Assembly: GCF_009914755.1 (NCBI RefSeq) | Contig: NC_060931.1 | From: the human T2T-CHM13v2.0 reference genome, Homo sapiens | DNA length: 64,000 nucleotides | Strand: one strand, 5' to 3' | Shown: positions 40,789-56,544 of the stretch, piece by piece | Layout: each line of letters opens with the position of its first letter | Numbering within the stretch: position 1 is the first letter of the stretch | The notes under the pieces: generated by a model | The model's input: only the letters and a program-made list of their open reading frames with translations | What the model was told of the DNA's origin: nothing | Databases searched by the model: none | Program-made: the position numbers and the translations under genes

Positions 40789-41374
40789 GTTCTTCTGGAT
40801 TTTTGAGTTAACCACTCTGTGTCACTGGTATATTTGTTTATCCTTCTTCCACTGCCACATTCACTCAATTGCTGTGGCTTTATAAGTCTGGAGAGTCAAT
40901 GGAGTAAGTTCTTCCATTCATTCTTCTTTCTCAAGATTTCCTTGACTATTCTGGACCTTCTGCATTTCATATAACATTTAGAGTACAATTATTAATTTTC
41001 ATTGATAAAAAAACTTGCTGGTATTCTGATTTGAATTTCATTGAAAGTATAGATCAAATTGAATAGGTTTAGAATCTTTACAAAACTTCCAATCTATAAA
41101 CACACAATTATATTAATGTATACATGCATATATACATATCTCATTAATTTTGTACATTGACCTTGAATCCAGAAGTTTTTATAAATACACAGTAATTTTA
41201 ATAGTTCATTGATTGAGTTTAAAATTTTTCTACAAACAAAATCATGGTGGTGTAAATAATGACATTTGATATTCTTCATTTTAATTCTTATGCTTCTTAC
41301 TCTTTCTTTTGGTGTTATTACTGGCTACTTTATTAATCAACATTAAATAGAAGTGGTTAGTACCTTCTTCTTCT

Positions 41375-41484
41375 TCGAAGAACACCAAAACATGGCCCCT
41401 ACCACACACCATGCACAAAAATAAACACCAGGTCAGTTTTAGATCTAAATAGGAAGGATCAAAACAAACTCTCCAGAATACAAG
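41375..41484 (-). repeat. 110-bp inverted copy of 40288-40397
   Basis: Reverse complement matches at 109/110 positions. Confidence 0.93.
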
Positions 41485-41773
41485 AGGAGCACCTTATATT
41501 CTAATGCAAGGGGAAAGCTTTTAAACATTCACCGTTAAGTATAATGTTTCTGTTGGTTTTATGGATATTCTTTTTCAGATTTAGGAAAAGTTTTTGTCTA
41601 TTTGAATCTTGCAGTCTTTTCATAGGGCATAAATTCTGAATTGTCTATTCTTTGTGGATTTTTCTTTTCATTATTATTGTATAGTATCACCTACATGCTT
41701 ACACATGCTGATAACAAAATTGCTACTACCAGTTTCTACAACATGTTTTCCATTATTTTATTTTTAATCTCGG

Positions 41774-41845
41774 TGTGGGGGTGTGCGTGTGCATGTGTGT
41801 GTGTGTGCGCGTGTGTGCGTGTGCGTCTGCGTCTGTGTGTGTGTG
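41774..41845. repeat. Mixed (TG/CG)n microsatellite
   Basis: Direct observation. Confidence 0.85.
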
Positions 41846-43002
41846 TTAGAGAGAAAAAAGAGAATTTATGTTTAAGGGGTTTAGGTGTGGCACATAAGGA
41901 TTTTGTAACTCGATTTTCTGTTTTCAACTAAAGTGCCTAACTCTGTCTTTTAATGCCCTATAAGTACATATAATGTGATAATTTATATACACAGACTTAT
42001 TTATACTTGCTTATTTTGTGTTTTCTATTTGTCAAAAAAATTGCTTTTTTTTCTTTTTTGGCCTGCTGTTGGATTGATAACGTTTTCAAATTTCTTTTAT
42101 TTACTTTGTAATTTTGGAAACCACATATTTTGTTTATTTTTTATGATTCTCACTAATTGCTAATACACAAGTTTAATACATTATTTTAACAAATCTAAAG
42201 TCACTCCTAGTTTCAATTTTCATCAAGAGTCTTAGCATTCTTTATTTTTCACACATCTCCCTCTGTTTACTTATTATTTCCAAAAGATTTAATTTTACCC
42301 TTTCAAAACACCAAAATAATCATTTTATAGCCCATTGTTTATAAAATTTACTGAGATATTCTATTTGAAATTATGTGTAAATATTGTTTTCATATATTCG
42401 ATTTACCTCTGGGTTCACTTTTGTTCTTATTAAGGAATATAGGGCTATATTGAGGATCTATAGGTCCTCAGTGCCCTTCTGATTTGTATATCCAATAATA
42501 TCTTACTTTGCTCTCATTCATTCAAGAGAGTTACTGCAGATATAAAATTGTGGAATGACAGCTTCTCCCCTTCTTGGCAAAGTAACAACAGTAGCTCATT
42601 ATCTTCTGAACTCTTCTTGTTGATGAGAAGTCTCTGTCAGTGGAATTGTTGCTCTTATTAGATCATTGCTTTTACCTTTGATAATTTTTAATATTACCTC
42701 TTACTACTAGAAAAATTAAATTTTAAGAGAATATAACAAAGGCTTTAAGAGACAAATAAAATTATAGTTTCTATTAGAAATCAAAAAGGTTATGAAACAA
42801 AAAGGCACTATAATGAACCAAGAAATATGTGTAGATATGTATTATAGACATATATAAATATATATATTTATATGTATACATACATATGTGTATCAACTTA
42901 AAAATCTAAGAAAAACAAAGTTATTAAATTTTTAAAAATTAAGATGAGATAAATTTTAAACCGATGTCAGTCATAGGATAAACTCTGTAGGTTTTATGGA
43001 TA

Positions 43003-45165
<2,163 letters not shown>

Positions 45166-45960
45166 AGGTTTTATAGGTACTCTTTTTCAAATTAAGGAAT
45201 TTTTTTTCTATTTAAATTTTGCAGTCCTTTAGTCTGAGTAGTAAATGAGTAATGAAAAAAATGAATTTTGCAGTTCTTTTGTAGGAAATAAATTCTAAAT
45301 TTTGTATTCTTTGTGAATTTTGTTTTGAAGAAAATGTCAAGAACATGGTGAAGAGTGAAAGAGACAAAAAATATCTTAAAGGGCAGATAAGAGACATACA
45401 AGATATGTTGATAGATGATAATATTGATCCAATAGAAATTCCAGAAAGTCTACACACAGTGAAACGTAGAGTATGGAGGAAAGATAGTCATCCACGAAAA
45501 TTGTCGGTCATTTACATTTATTTAGAATTTATTTTTTATTTATTCTATTTTGTTCTCAGGGTTCATTTTTAATCTAAAGACTCAGGTCATCTTCAGTTAT
45601 GAAAATTTCAATTTGCTTGAGTATAAATTTACCTTTATTGTATTCATTAAGTGGAATGCATTTTTTTAGTGATTTAAAGACAAATTGTTTTCAATTCTCG
45701 AACATTTTTGGTGAAATCTCTTCAAATATTGTTTCTTCCCCATTTTCTTCATTCTTTTGCTTAGGAAACTATCACATCTAAATTTAGCCTCTCAATCATT
45801 TATGTCTCTAAGTGGTGCTTTCAAAATGTTATCCCTTTGCCTATCTGTATTAAAATCTGGGTAGATTCCTTCATGACATCTTCCACTACACAACTTCTTC
45901 CCTTTAATGGTAGATGTGGACATTATCCTCTTTATTGTTTTTTAAAATTGTGTGTTATAT

Positions 45961-46479
45961 TTCTCTTTTTTTTAATACTTTAAGTTTTAGGGTACATGTG
46001 CACAACTTGCAGGTTTGTTACACATGTATACATGTGCAATGTTGGTGTGCTGCACCCATTAACTCGTCATTTACATTAGGTATATCTCCTAATGCTATCC
46101 CTCCCCCCACCCCCCACCCCGCAACAGGCCCCAGTGTGTGATGTTCCCCTTCTTGTGTCCAAGTGTTCTCATTGCTCATTTCCCACCTATGAGTGAGAAC
46201 ATGCGGTGTTTGGTTTTTTGTCCTTGTGATAGTTTGCTGAGAATGATGGTTTCCAGCTTCATCCATGTCCCTACAAAGGACATGAACTCATCATTTTTTA
46301 TGGCTGCATAGTATTCCATGGTGTATATGTGCCACATTTTCTTAATCCAGTCTATCATTGTTGGACATTTGGGTTGGTTCCAAGTCTTTGCTATTGTGAA
46401 TAGTGCCGCAATAAACATACGTGTGCATGTATCATCACTGGCCATCAGAGAAATGCAAATCAAAACCACAATGAGATAC
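45961..46479 (-). mobile_element. L1PA4/5-like short L1 with 49-bp inverted segment (46431-46479)
   Basis: Antisense young L1 3' end to ...gtgtgcatgt, then sense atcatcactggccatcagagaaatgcaaatcaaaaccacaatgagatac. Confidence 0.88.
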
Positions 46480-47588
46480 TGTTGTTCTATACATTTAATT
46501 GCATCTTCAATGAATTTAAGGTTCTAATTATTTACTTTGTTTTCCCTTTTTAGTGTTAAATTTGTGTTTTAAAACAAACATGTTTATTAGGCAAATTTTG
46601 AGTGGAGAAGTTTTTGTTTTTATTGTTGTTATTATTATCATCATTATTATTATTTGATTTTCCTATCTTGTTTCTCCCTCTTGTGGTCTTTAGATTTTGT
46701 TGTTCTTCACCTGACTCCAAGGGCCCCTTATAAAAATCAGGTCTTATAACACTTTCTCAGGTTCTGTTGATCAAATTATAGAGCCGGCAAGCATATTGAC
46801 TTCTTGAAAGTCACTTTATCCAGCAAGCCAATAGTTGTTTTAAAACTTCTTTCATGGCCCCAATCCAAGCCCTGAGCTTCAAACAATCACATCAGTACCA
46901 CATCTCACAACAACTTGCCTTAACCCCATAAAAGCTAAGTTCCAGGTATTACTGTCTGCTTCCAGACTTGGAGCATATTATGTTTCTGATTCATTTCCAG
47001 TGTATGAAGGAGTTGTCACATTTTAAACTCTTTAGGGTTTGCATTTTGTATTTTATCTCTCATATCCATGTATTTGAAGTAGAGGAGAAATTGGGAACCC
47101 ATCTTGAGCAAAAATCTTCACTCTCTTCTTATGTAAATATGTCATCAGTAGAGTAGGTACAATGATAAAATTGTTCAGTGTCACTGAGCTCAACTTCTGG
47201 GAGAAAATAAAGATTGGTGAAAACAGTGGTAAATGAAAGAGGACCAGCCTCTATCTATTGCCTCATTAGATTTAGCTGATTATTGCTTTCAATGAATATC
47301 ATGAAATGACAAATCTTCTATTTTTCTCAAAAGAATCTAGAGACACCAATTTTATCATGAAATCGCCTAGTTTTTAATATTAGTCAATAACTACAGATTT
47401 TAAATATCTCTAAAAGCCAAATTTGTAAGTCAACATCATAGGACTTTGGGCTGGATGTACCCATGAAATACTGATTTGTGGCCTCTGGCATAAAATTCAT
47501 GCTCTATAATGAAATGTTTTTTATTTTCTCCCATTAGCTGTGAAATTTCTGTCTTAAGTACATCACAAGATTTTTCTGTCACGAGAAC

Positions 47589-48521
47589 ATGGAAAGCAAT
47601 CAGACCTGGATCACAGAAGTCATCCTGTTGGGATTCCAGGTGGACCCAGCTCTGGAGTTGTTCCTCTTTGGGTTTTTCTTGCTATTCTACAGCTTAACCC
47701 TGATGGGAAATGGGATTATCCTGGGGCTCATCTACTTGGACTCTAGACTGCACACACCCATGTATGTCTTCCTGTCACACCTGGCCATTGTGGACATGTC
47801 CTATGCCTCGAGTACTGTCCCTAAGATGCTAGCAAATCTTGTGATGCACAAAAAAGTCATCTCCTTTGCTCCTTGCATACTTCAGACTTTTTTGTATTTG
47901 GCGTTTGCTATTACAGAGTGTCTGATTTTGGTGATGATGTGCTATGATCGGTATGTGGCAATCTGTCACCCCTTGCAATACACCCTCATTATGAACTGGA
48001 GAGTGTGCACTGTCCTGGCCTCAACTTGCTGGATATTTAGCTTTCTCTTGGCTCTGGTCCATATTACTCTTATTCTGAGGCTGCCTTTTTGTGGCCCACA
48101 AAAGATCAACCACTTTTTCTGTCAAATCATGTCCGTATTCAAATTGGCCTGTGCTGACACTAGGCTCAACCAGGTGGTCCTATTTGCGGGTTCTGCGTTC
48201 ATCTTAGTGGGGCCGCTCTGCCTGGTGCTGGTCTCCTACTTGCACATCCTGGTGGCCATCTTGAGGATCCAGTCTGGGGAGGGCCGCAGAAAGGCCTTCT
48301 CTACCTGCTCCTCCCACCTCTGCGTGGTGGGGCTTTTCTTTGGCAGCGCCATTGTCATGTACATGGCCCCCAAGTCAAGCCATTCTCAAGAACGGAGGAA
48401 GATCCTTTCCCTGTTTTACAGCCTTTTCAACCCGATCCTGAACCCCCTCATCTACAGCCTTAGGAATGCAGAGGTGAAAGGGGCTCTAAAGAGAGTCCTT
48501 TGGAAACAGAGATCAATGTGA
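47589..48521 (+). CDS. OR2A12: Olfactory receptor 2A12 (310 aa)
   Basis: Intact ORF MESNQTWITEV...WKQRSM with LHTPMYVFLSHL, MCYDRYVAICHPL, KAFSTCSSHL, PILNPLIYSLRN. Pyrimidine tract plus AG acceptor ends at 47537. Confidence 0.95.
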   Translation: MESNQTWITEVILLGFQVDPALELFLFGFFLLFYSLTLMGNGIILGLIYLDSRLHTPMYVFLSHLAIVDMSYASSTVPKMLANLVMHKKVISFAPCILQTFLYLAFAITECLILVMMCYDRYVAICHPLQYTLIMNWRVCTVLASTCWIFSFLLALVHITLILRLPFCGPQKINHFFCQIMSVFKLACADTRLNQVVLFAGSAFILVGPLCLVLVSYLHILVAILRIQSGEGRRKAFSTCSSHLCVVGLFFGSAIVMYMAPKSSHSQERRKILSLFYSLFNPILNPLIYSLRNAEVKGALKRVLWKQRSM

Positions 48522-48653
48522 AGAATCATTTGAGATATCCTGAGTGTGTAAGCATGGTTCTCATGACCCTGGGTCCTGAAATTTCCTTTTTAATTCTTTA
48601 ATTTACCACACCCAATACTGTTTATCTTTAGACTTCTTATAAAAAGAGAAACT

Positions 48654-48972
<319 letters not shown>

Positions 48973-48984
48973 CTAATTACTTTT

Positions 48985-50540
48985 ACTATTTAAGGCATTG
49001 ATACCAAACCTGAGATAAACTTATGAAACAGAAAATCACAATCTAATCCTACTCATGAACATAGATGCAAACCTCTTAAAGAAAATATTAATGAAACAAG
49101 TCCATCAGAATGAAGTAAGGATGTATTATAATGAAACTATGTATACCCTTAAAATGCAGCAATAATTTAACATTAAAACAAACAACAAAAATAACTTCCC
49201 CACATTAACAAATTAAAGAATACATTTCATATGAACATCTCAGTAGATCCAAGAAAGTGTTTGACAAGATTTAAGATCAATTCTTTATAAGCTAATATCG
49301 CAGTAAGACTTTCTAAACAGAATCTACCAAAAACAAAACAAAAATAAAAACAAAGCAGACGTCATGGTTAATGGTGAAATGTTAGCATCTGTCCTTTTCG
49401 GGTAAAGAATCAGACACAAAAAAAATCACTTGTTTTTCTTGATTTCACTTTTTACTAGAGATCCTAACCAATACAGTTAGACAAAAAGAACAAATACACC
49501 CATGCATGCGCACACACGCACACACGCACACACACACACACTCACACGTGCACACACATTTGAGAAAGAAGAAACAAACTGTAATTACATACAAATGACA
49601 TTACTGTATATGTAGGAAATTCAAAAGAATTATAAGAAATTTTAAAGTAGCTTGATACAAAATCAATATAAAAATATATTATATTTTTAAAGCAGTAACA
49701 AACAATTAAAATGAAACTTGAAAAAACGCTACCATACACAACAGGATTTAATTCTCAAATGCTTAGGAATAATTATAACAAAGATTATACAAAAGCTCTA
49801 AAGAGACAATTAAAAATTTATTGAGAGACTATGGTAAATAAATAGATACACAATGTGTGGTATGCCAAGTTCTTGGACTGAAAAACATAATATTACAAAG
49901 ATTCAATCTCCTTAAATTGATTATTAGATTTAATACAATCCCAATCAATATCGCAGCAGGGTGTGTGGATGTGTGCAGAACTCAACAAACTAATCTTAAA
50001 ATTCAAGGGACCAAGGCTAGCTCAAACTCTATTAAAAGAGAAAGAGTACAACGTGGGAGGATTTGATCCTTCAGATATCAAAACACACTATATAGTGCTA
50101 ATAAACAGAACAGTGTGGTATTTATACACAGATAGACCAAAAAACAAACAGAATAGAAAGAAAATTAGTGTATATTTGCTTTTATTAGCACTTGCTATAT
50201 TAGAGGTGTGGCATGGCATATCACTGGGGAATGAAAAAGCTTTGAAGTAAATGGTGTTGGGACAACCAAGTCTTTATAAAGATATTCAAATCATGCAGAA
50301 AATTCAACTTCTGGTGTATTCAAGATTTAAGTGTCAAAGGCAGAACTCTAAAGCTTTTAGAAGATATACAAGAGAAGGATTTTTTAAACAATACACATAA
50401 TTGCTATTGTGAAATAATATCTGATATTATAAAATCTTTAAGCTGCATTAAATAAAAATATTAGTGTATGTGACTGGGTTGAAATTAAGAACTTATGTTA
50501 ATCAAAACAGGGCATAAAAAGTGAAAGGACAAGCCACAAA
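48985..50540 (+). mobile_element. Old L1M ORF2 relic with (CA/CG)n at ~49500-49558
   Basis: ctcatgaacatagatgcaaa, tttaatacaatcccaatcaa, aaatggtgttgggacaac; ORF-track fragments 49857-50250 are L1-like. Confidence 0.65.
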
Positions 50541-51109
50541 ATCTTCTGGAAGACTTTCTGATTTATCAGCTCTCAAGCAGTACATCCCCAAAGACCAGCA
50601 TATTTCAGAGTCTCATGCATTGTCTTGACTAGGTGACTTTCAATCATATCTCTTCAGTCTGTCTTTTTATGGCATTATTAAGTACTTGAAGTTTTTCCCT
50701 TTATATATTTTTTTCACATGTGTGTTGTCAGTTTACAATCAGTAATATACAAGATCGTCGTACACATCAATTTTGTCTTGTCATAGCTGTGTCTCTAGTA
50801 TCTAGAGCAGAGCTAGGTACAGAGAAGATTCTCAACAATTATCTGTTGACAGACGACCAATAGGTATCCCCAGGAAAGTGTAAGCCTATCCACATTCTTC
50901 CTGAAACCAAGAAGCAACCAAGTTAGGGGGAGAGAGATGCATTTTTATGTTCTATTTATTAATAATTTCTATTTTGCACATGAGAAGATCGAGGAACACA
51001 GAGGTTGAGTAACTTACCCTGAGTCATTGAGTTAGCATAATCAATGGAAAATATAGAGTTTAAAAAAATAGGTTCTCTGGCTCCAGAGCTGGTATTCTTT
51101 TATTGTTAA

Positions 51110-51235
51110 ACAATAGAAATTTATGTCCAAGATCAGGTGCCAAGCATCGTCGAGCTCTAGTGGGGACTTTCTTCTGGCTTTCAGAGAGTGTCTTCCCACT
51201 GTGTCTACACATGGCAGAGAGAGAGAGAGCCCATA
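51110..51235. mobile_element. MLT1 (MaLR) LTR fragment
   Basis: gtccaagatcaggtgcca...ttcccactgtgtctacacatggcagagagagag. Confidence 0.55.
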
Positions 51236-51365
51236 TTCTCAATACAATACTAACTCTATGTACAACTGTAGCTTACACCAATGACCCATTGATTCAAGAC
51301 AAAAGATAAACATATCTCCCTTCTACCACCAGGAAGGAAAGTTATCAGGATCATTGAAGGAGGAC

Positions 51366-51602
51366 TTTCTTTCTCTCTTTCTTCCTTTCTTTCTTCTTTC
51401 TTTCCTTCCTTCCTTCCTTTCTCTTTCTCTTCCTTCCTTCCTTTCTTTCTCTTTCTTTCTTCCTTTCTCTTTCTTTCTTTCTTCTTTCTCTTTTCTTTCT
51501 TCCTTTCTTTCTCTTTCTTTCTTTCTTCTTTCTCTTTTCTTTCTTTCTTTCTTCTCTCTTTATTTTCTTTATTTCCTTCCTTCCTCCCTCCCTCTTTTTT
51601 TT
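51366..51602. repeat. ~240-bp polypyrimidine (CTTT/CCTT) tract
   Basis: Almost entirely C/T on the + strand; potential H-DNA. Confidence 0.92.
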
Positions 51603-54600
51603 AATGAAGGAAACATTATTGTCTCCTATGGAATTCTCAACTGTGAATACTCTATTGGAAATAATTATTATTATATTGGACCACTGTCAATGAAGGGAAT
51701 TAATATTCCCTTCAACCATGAGATCTAGTGATCATTAATTACCATGTGAGATATGGGGGGTGGTAGTTTTATAAACTTAACAAAAAAATTATTTGTCAAA
51801 ATGTAAGTAAAAGATAACTTATATTAAAGGTAATATAGACACTAGGCTTGAAAAACTAAAATTAGTAGGGGAAAAAAGATAAATCATTCAGGTAAAAAGA
51901 ACAGCAAGAGTCATCATAATGTATGGCATCTACAAAAATTAAGATAAGACAAAAGTAGGATAAAAATAGAATTTTTAATTCTAAAATCACCTTAAAATAA
52001 ATTTTAAAATGAAAACAGAAGGTTTTTGACAATACAGTATATGAATCATTTTCAGATTTTGTTGTAATGAGAAAATTTTCTGACATAACAATGTCTAAAA
52101 CTAATAAAGAAACAAGAGAAACTTATTTTTTGTCTTTCCCCCTTTTATCAAGAAGAAAAATCTTTTCCAGAAAGACTTACTCTCAGCAGATTGTTTGCTC
52201 GTATTGCTTTGGCCAAGAATGAGTCAAATGGAAGTCCTTAATCCACTTACTAACAAAGAAGATGAGATCGAATTCTTGGCTTATATCAGTCATGGTTTAA
52301 TCTCCCCTGGCTCATAGCAAGGACCATGTTCTCTGATATCTGCACTGCCTGAGAATCAGTATAGGGTCAGTAAGGAAGTGGGCAATGACCACTGAGCACA
52401 CAACTGGCTTATCGGCCAAATGGTTTAAATTCTGAAGCTAACCTCTTGAAAAGAAGTAGGCCATTGAAGTGTGCAAATTTTCTCATCCATCAATTTTTGG
52501 GACCCAAATGATACTCTGTGAAAATAAGGCACAATGTTTAAAACTATAATGGCTACAATCTGTAAATATAATAAAAAATTATTCTCACACCAAAGGGACT
52601 CCTTTAAGAACCTAATCTGATACTGCTTAAAAAAAAAAAGATTCTGAATTAGAATAAGTATTTTAGTTACACAGTAGATGCTCTTCCTTCTGCTATATTA
52701 AATATATACATATATATACTTCAAAAAGCGTGAGGAGTATGAAAACAGTTTTATAAATATATCTAAGATTGTCAGTTTATCCTTCTAGCCATATGTTTCT
52801 TTAAGATCACAGAAGTATCTTCAATTCAATTAACCAAATGTGTAAGGGATGTGATTGTATTTTCCCTGTATTGCCTAACTTATTTTCATATTGGGCAAAT
52901 GTTCTTTTTACACAAAAAATAAAAGTCAAAATGCTTTCCTGAAATATTGTCGGATCTCATTTTTGCTAAATTATTTATCTGTCTGTCCTACTGTCTTTGC
53001 ATCTGTATATGTTAATGAAGAAATTTGGGGGATATTGAGCTATCAATCAGAATTATTTCTGGGTGCTGTGACCTAAAATAATTTTAATTTTTTTCATTGA
53101 ACTTTAAAAAATGTCTTTATTTTGTACATGTTGAGCTTAAGTCCTTCTTACCAAAAAGAAGGCAGTTTTTTTTCCCTTGAAGTGGGTAGGGAGACAGGAT
53201 GATAAAGAAGTATTAAGACTTTTAAGAAACAGGCAACGTGAGTACAGATTTCCTGTTTACCACCAGCATGTGAGCAAAGGGAATGCAGACAATTTTCTCT
53301 CTTGATCAGTCGTATCCCTCATGCCTATAACCTGAACTATGCCTGACACATTACTAGTGTATGATAAACATTTGATTAAGGTAGACACTGGGGGCCAGCA
53401 CCAACTTTCTAACTGTTGAACAAAGTGGAATGCAATACTATTGTCCCATTAATAAGCCCAAACATGGAGACTAAATCGCTGGAGAAGTCTGTGGCTGTAA
53501 GAGAGAAAGGCAACATCCCCCTTCAAGCCTGTTCATCTACAGTATATCAACAGTGGCAGCAAGTTAGAAAACTCTCTATTTGGCAGTATTTTTCTCTCAC
53601 TTGATTTTCTAGGAAGGAAGTATGTATTCATTAGAATGCATCAGCTGCAAGTAACAAAAGTCAAGTTAATTAATTGCCCCTTCCCTCCTCTGCATGGATT
53701 CTTTGTGCCAATTGCTAAGACTGCCTACCTCTTCCACCCCCTCATATGATACATCCATTCCAACTTTTTATTGAAGACTTCCCTTAATAGTCTGCTATTC
53801 TCTTTCTGTCTGGACTGGTTCCATCCCAACAATTCCATCTGCCTTTACCTTCTGTTGGACTCTCCAGTTCATTAATCATGCCATCCTCTTTTTTGATTTA
53901 CTCCTTTGTTTTGATGGAGCACCTCCTACAAAAGCTTTATAAGGTTAAGGTGAGATGCAATCACAGAATTGATGGCAAAAACAGCCCTTAACATTTCAAA
54001 TCCCTTCTCATCATTTATATTATTTTATCTTCTTCAATAACCCATTGAAATCCTATGAAGGAAGTAGAATTTTTAAAAAAGAAATAAAAACAGTAAAAAC
54101 TCAAGCCCTGCAAAGGAGCTATTTCTCTCTCGAGACAGCAAATGTTAAAATATGCTTAGGCCAGCTGTAGGTATAGTAATTGATATAATCCACAAACACC
54201 TACTTCAAAATTGACTCACTTAATAAAGGTCCATCACCACTGATGGAGCCATGTATACTTTACAGTATTTATTATTGCTAAAATATAAAATGTTAATCAG
54301 TGTAAATTTAACACTCACAAGAAGTCTAAGACTTTCCATGAAAAATGTTTTGCTGTCACCTTTTCAAAGATTAGAAGCAAAAATAGACAAATTATGATAT
54401 ATGAGTTCGTATCTATAGTAGACTGTGTTAAATGTCATTATATTGTACTCAACAAAAGGAATAAAATTGTGCTACTAATGCCAGTCTGAACAAATATGCA
54501 GCAGAATATTATTCTTAGCTCTATCCAGGTGTTGGTGAGTCAAATTTATTTTTCTGTAATAACCTCATATGAAAGATGAGCAATAAAAAATACTAAAAGT

Positions 54601-56544
54601 AAAATATTACTTAAACACAATCTTGAAGCATTCTTATAATAAGTGCTCCTTTGGTCTATCACAGAAGGGAGACTGATTTGGGCTGAAGTAGTTGAAGAGG
54701 GCTCCATGAGTGCTTTGAAGGATTGGTGTTATGTATGAATTCAAGTGGGTAAAACAAGATTAAATGGACTTGAAACAAGGAATAGGAATTTCAAGAATGG
54801 GAGCTGCTGGGAGATAGTACTTGAAGGAAATAGAGTGTGTGCATTGGAGAATAAGGAGGTAAGTGGAGGGAAGCTCTACTGGCCCACAGATCATTTTAAA
54901 AGAAAAATAACCCCATTAGCCTCCTCTTGAATAGATATATTTTAGTGTTCTCCACAATAGATTAAATACATTACTATTCTTGTGAAGTGCTTCTTCCACC
55001 ATAGTTCAAAAACTAAAACTCTATAGAGAACTAGATTGAAAACAGACATGTAGTAAGAAAGAACTGGAAGGATTTTTGCAATCATCACTCAGTGAAAATG
55101 AGAGAAAGAGAGAGAGGAAAAAGCATGCTCATTTTATCTGTAGACCCTAACTTAGGATGAGGAAATCAAAATGTGGCTAAGAAATTTAGAGATGTTTGAG
55201 ATAAAGACACATTGACGAAATTTAAGGAAGAAGATGAGGTATACCTGAACTGCAGAGTCAAAAATATTTGTAAGTGAGAAATGTGGAATGATTACCAAGA
55301 AGTCACGGCCTCTCCTCTACAGTCAAACAGCAGGAATTGGAAAGTGGGGCAATTTTAAGGCTGATAAAATAAGTAAGTTTTAAGAGAATTTAATTGATAT
55401 ACTATCTTGAATATTTTGTTTTCTCTCCAAGGTCTTATCTCATATACAGAAATCCTGTCCCCATCCAATTTCAAGTTAACACACTAAAATAAATCCCATG
55501 AGAATACAGAAGGAACAAAATGAATAAACATGTGAGATGCTTTGATTGGTTTACTTGCTAATAGAAAAGCAATAAATTCTATAATTCCCTCTAGGGAGAA
55601 TGTGAGTAGATGCAATCTCACATGGTTCTGTTCACTGAATCATTATTTTTGTCTGGAGAGTTAGTTGTAGACAAATGATAATAGAAAAAGCCCTGGCTTG
55701 CACAAACTAAGTCTATCATAAAGTTCAGGAGAGCTCTGTTGCTGGGCTTCACCTCCCAAGGAGGCCCCTTTAGAGACAAGAATCAATCTCAGTCTATTTA
55801 TCCTTCCCTCCTGTCATTGAGGTTTCTTCTAAGCCTAAGGCTGTGTTTGAAGAAAAGACTACATATTATGCCACTGTAAGTAAAAGTGGCTCATTGACGC
55901 TGAGAAGAAGTTTGCAGGTGGGAAAAGGGAACCAGAAGTGAATGACATTTCCAGCTTAAGGTATTTTTGACAAAACACTGCCCTCGTGTAGTTTCCTTCT
56001 GGCCCTAAGCCTATGTTTATAACTGGGGTCCTGAGAGGAGCTCTGGGGACCACTACTGGTCCTTACAACCATGGGGTGGCCATGGTTCCTCTCACCCTCC
56101 TGGTCCCTCATCCTCACATGCCAGTGCCTGGCTTTGTCATGACTCCGCCAGAGAAGAGGAAGAGATAATATCATGTAGGATATTATCTGGCTAAAGGGCT
56201 AAAAAGAACTCCAGAGACTACATGGCCCAGGTTCCTCTTCTTACAAATAAGAAAACACTAAATCAGAGTTATCAAGTAGTTCACTTGTCCTGAGATTGAT
56301 TGATCTTCCTTCTGCCATTGCTAACTGTCTGCCCTTCCGATTCTTGAACCATTGTCTGGCTAACTAGGACCCACTGCTCAGTTGTTCAAGACAGAGATGC
56401 CACTCTCTCATAGGGCAACCCAGTGCCTGTGGGGAAAAGATTCTCTTTTTGTTTCCTTATTTAGCAGAGGAACTGTTAAACATATAACGCATTTCCTTGT
56501 TATTATTGGACCCAGAAGTCACTTTCCAATGATTGCTGCAAATC

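Larger units (their letters stand above)
40200..41640 (-). mobile_element. Old L1M ORF2 relic (Alu- and insertion-interrupted)
   Basis: tttttgtgcatggtgtgtggtagggg, ttccttgactattctggaccttctgcatttc and aaatagaagtggt...ggaaagcttttaaacattcaccgttaagtataatgtt are antisense L1 ORF2 tracts. Confidence 0.65.

Noticed and set aside
51691-51714. Hairpin tgaagggaat-taat-attcccttca
   Set aside because: Single 10-bp stem with no supporting context; plausible by chance or a tiny snap-back event.
51354-51728. 124-aa F/L/S-rich ORF
   Set aside because: Translation of the CT microsatellite.
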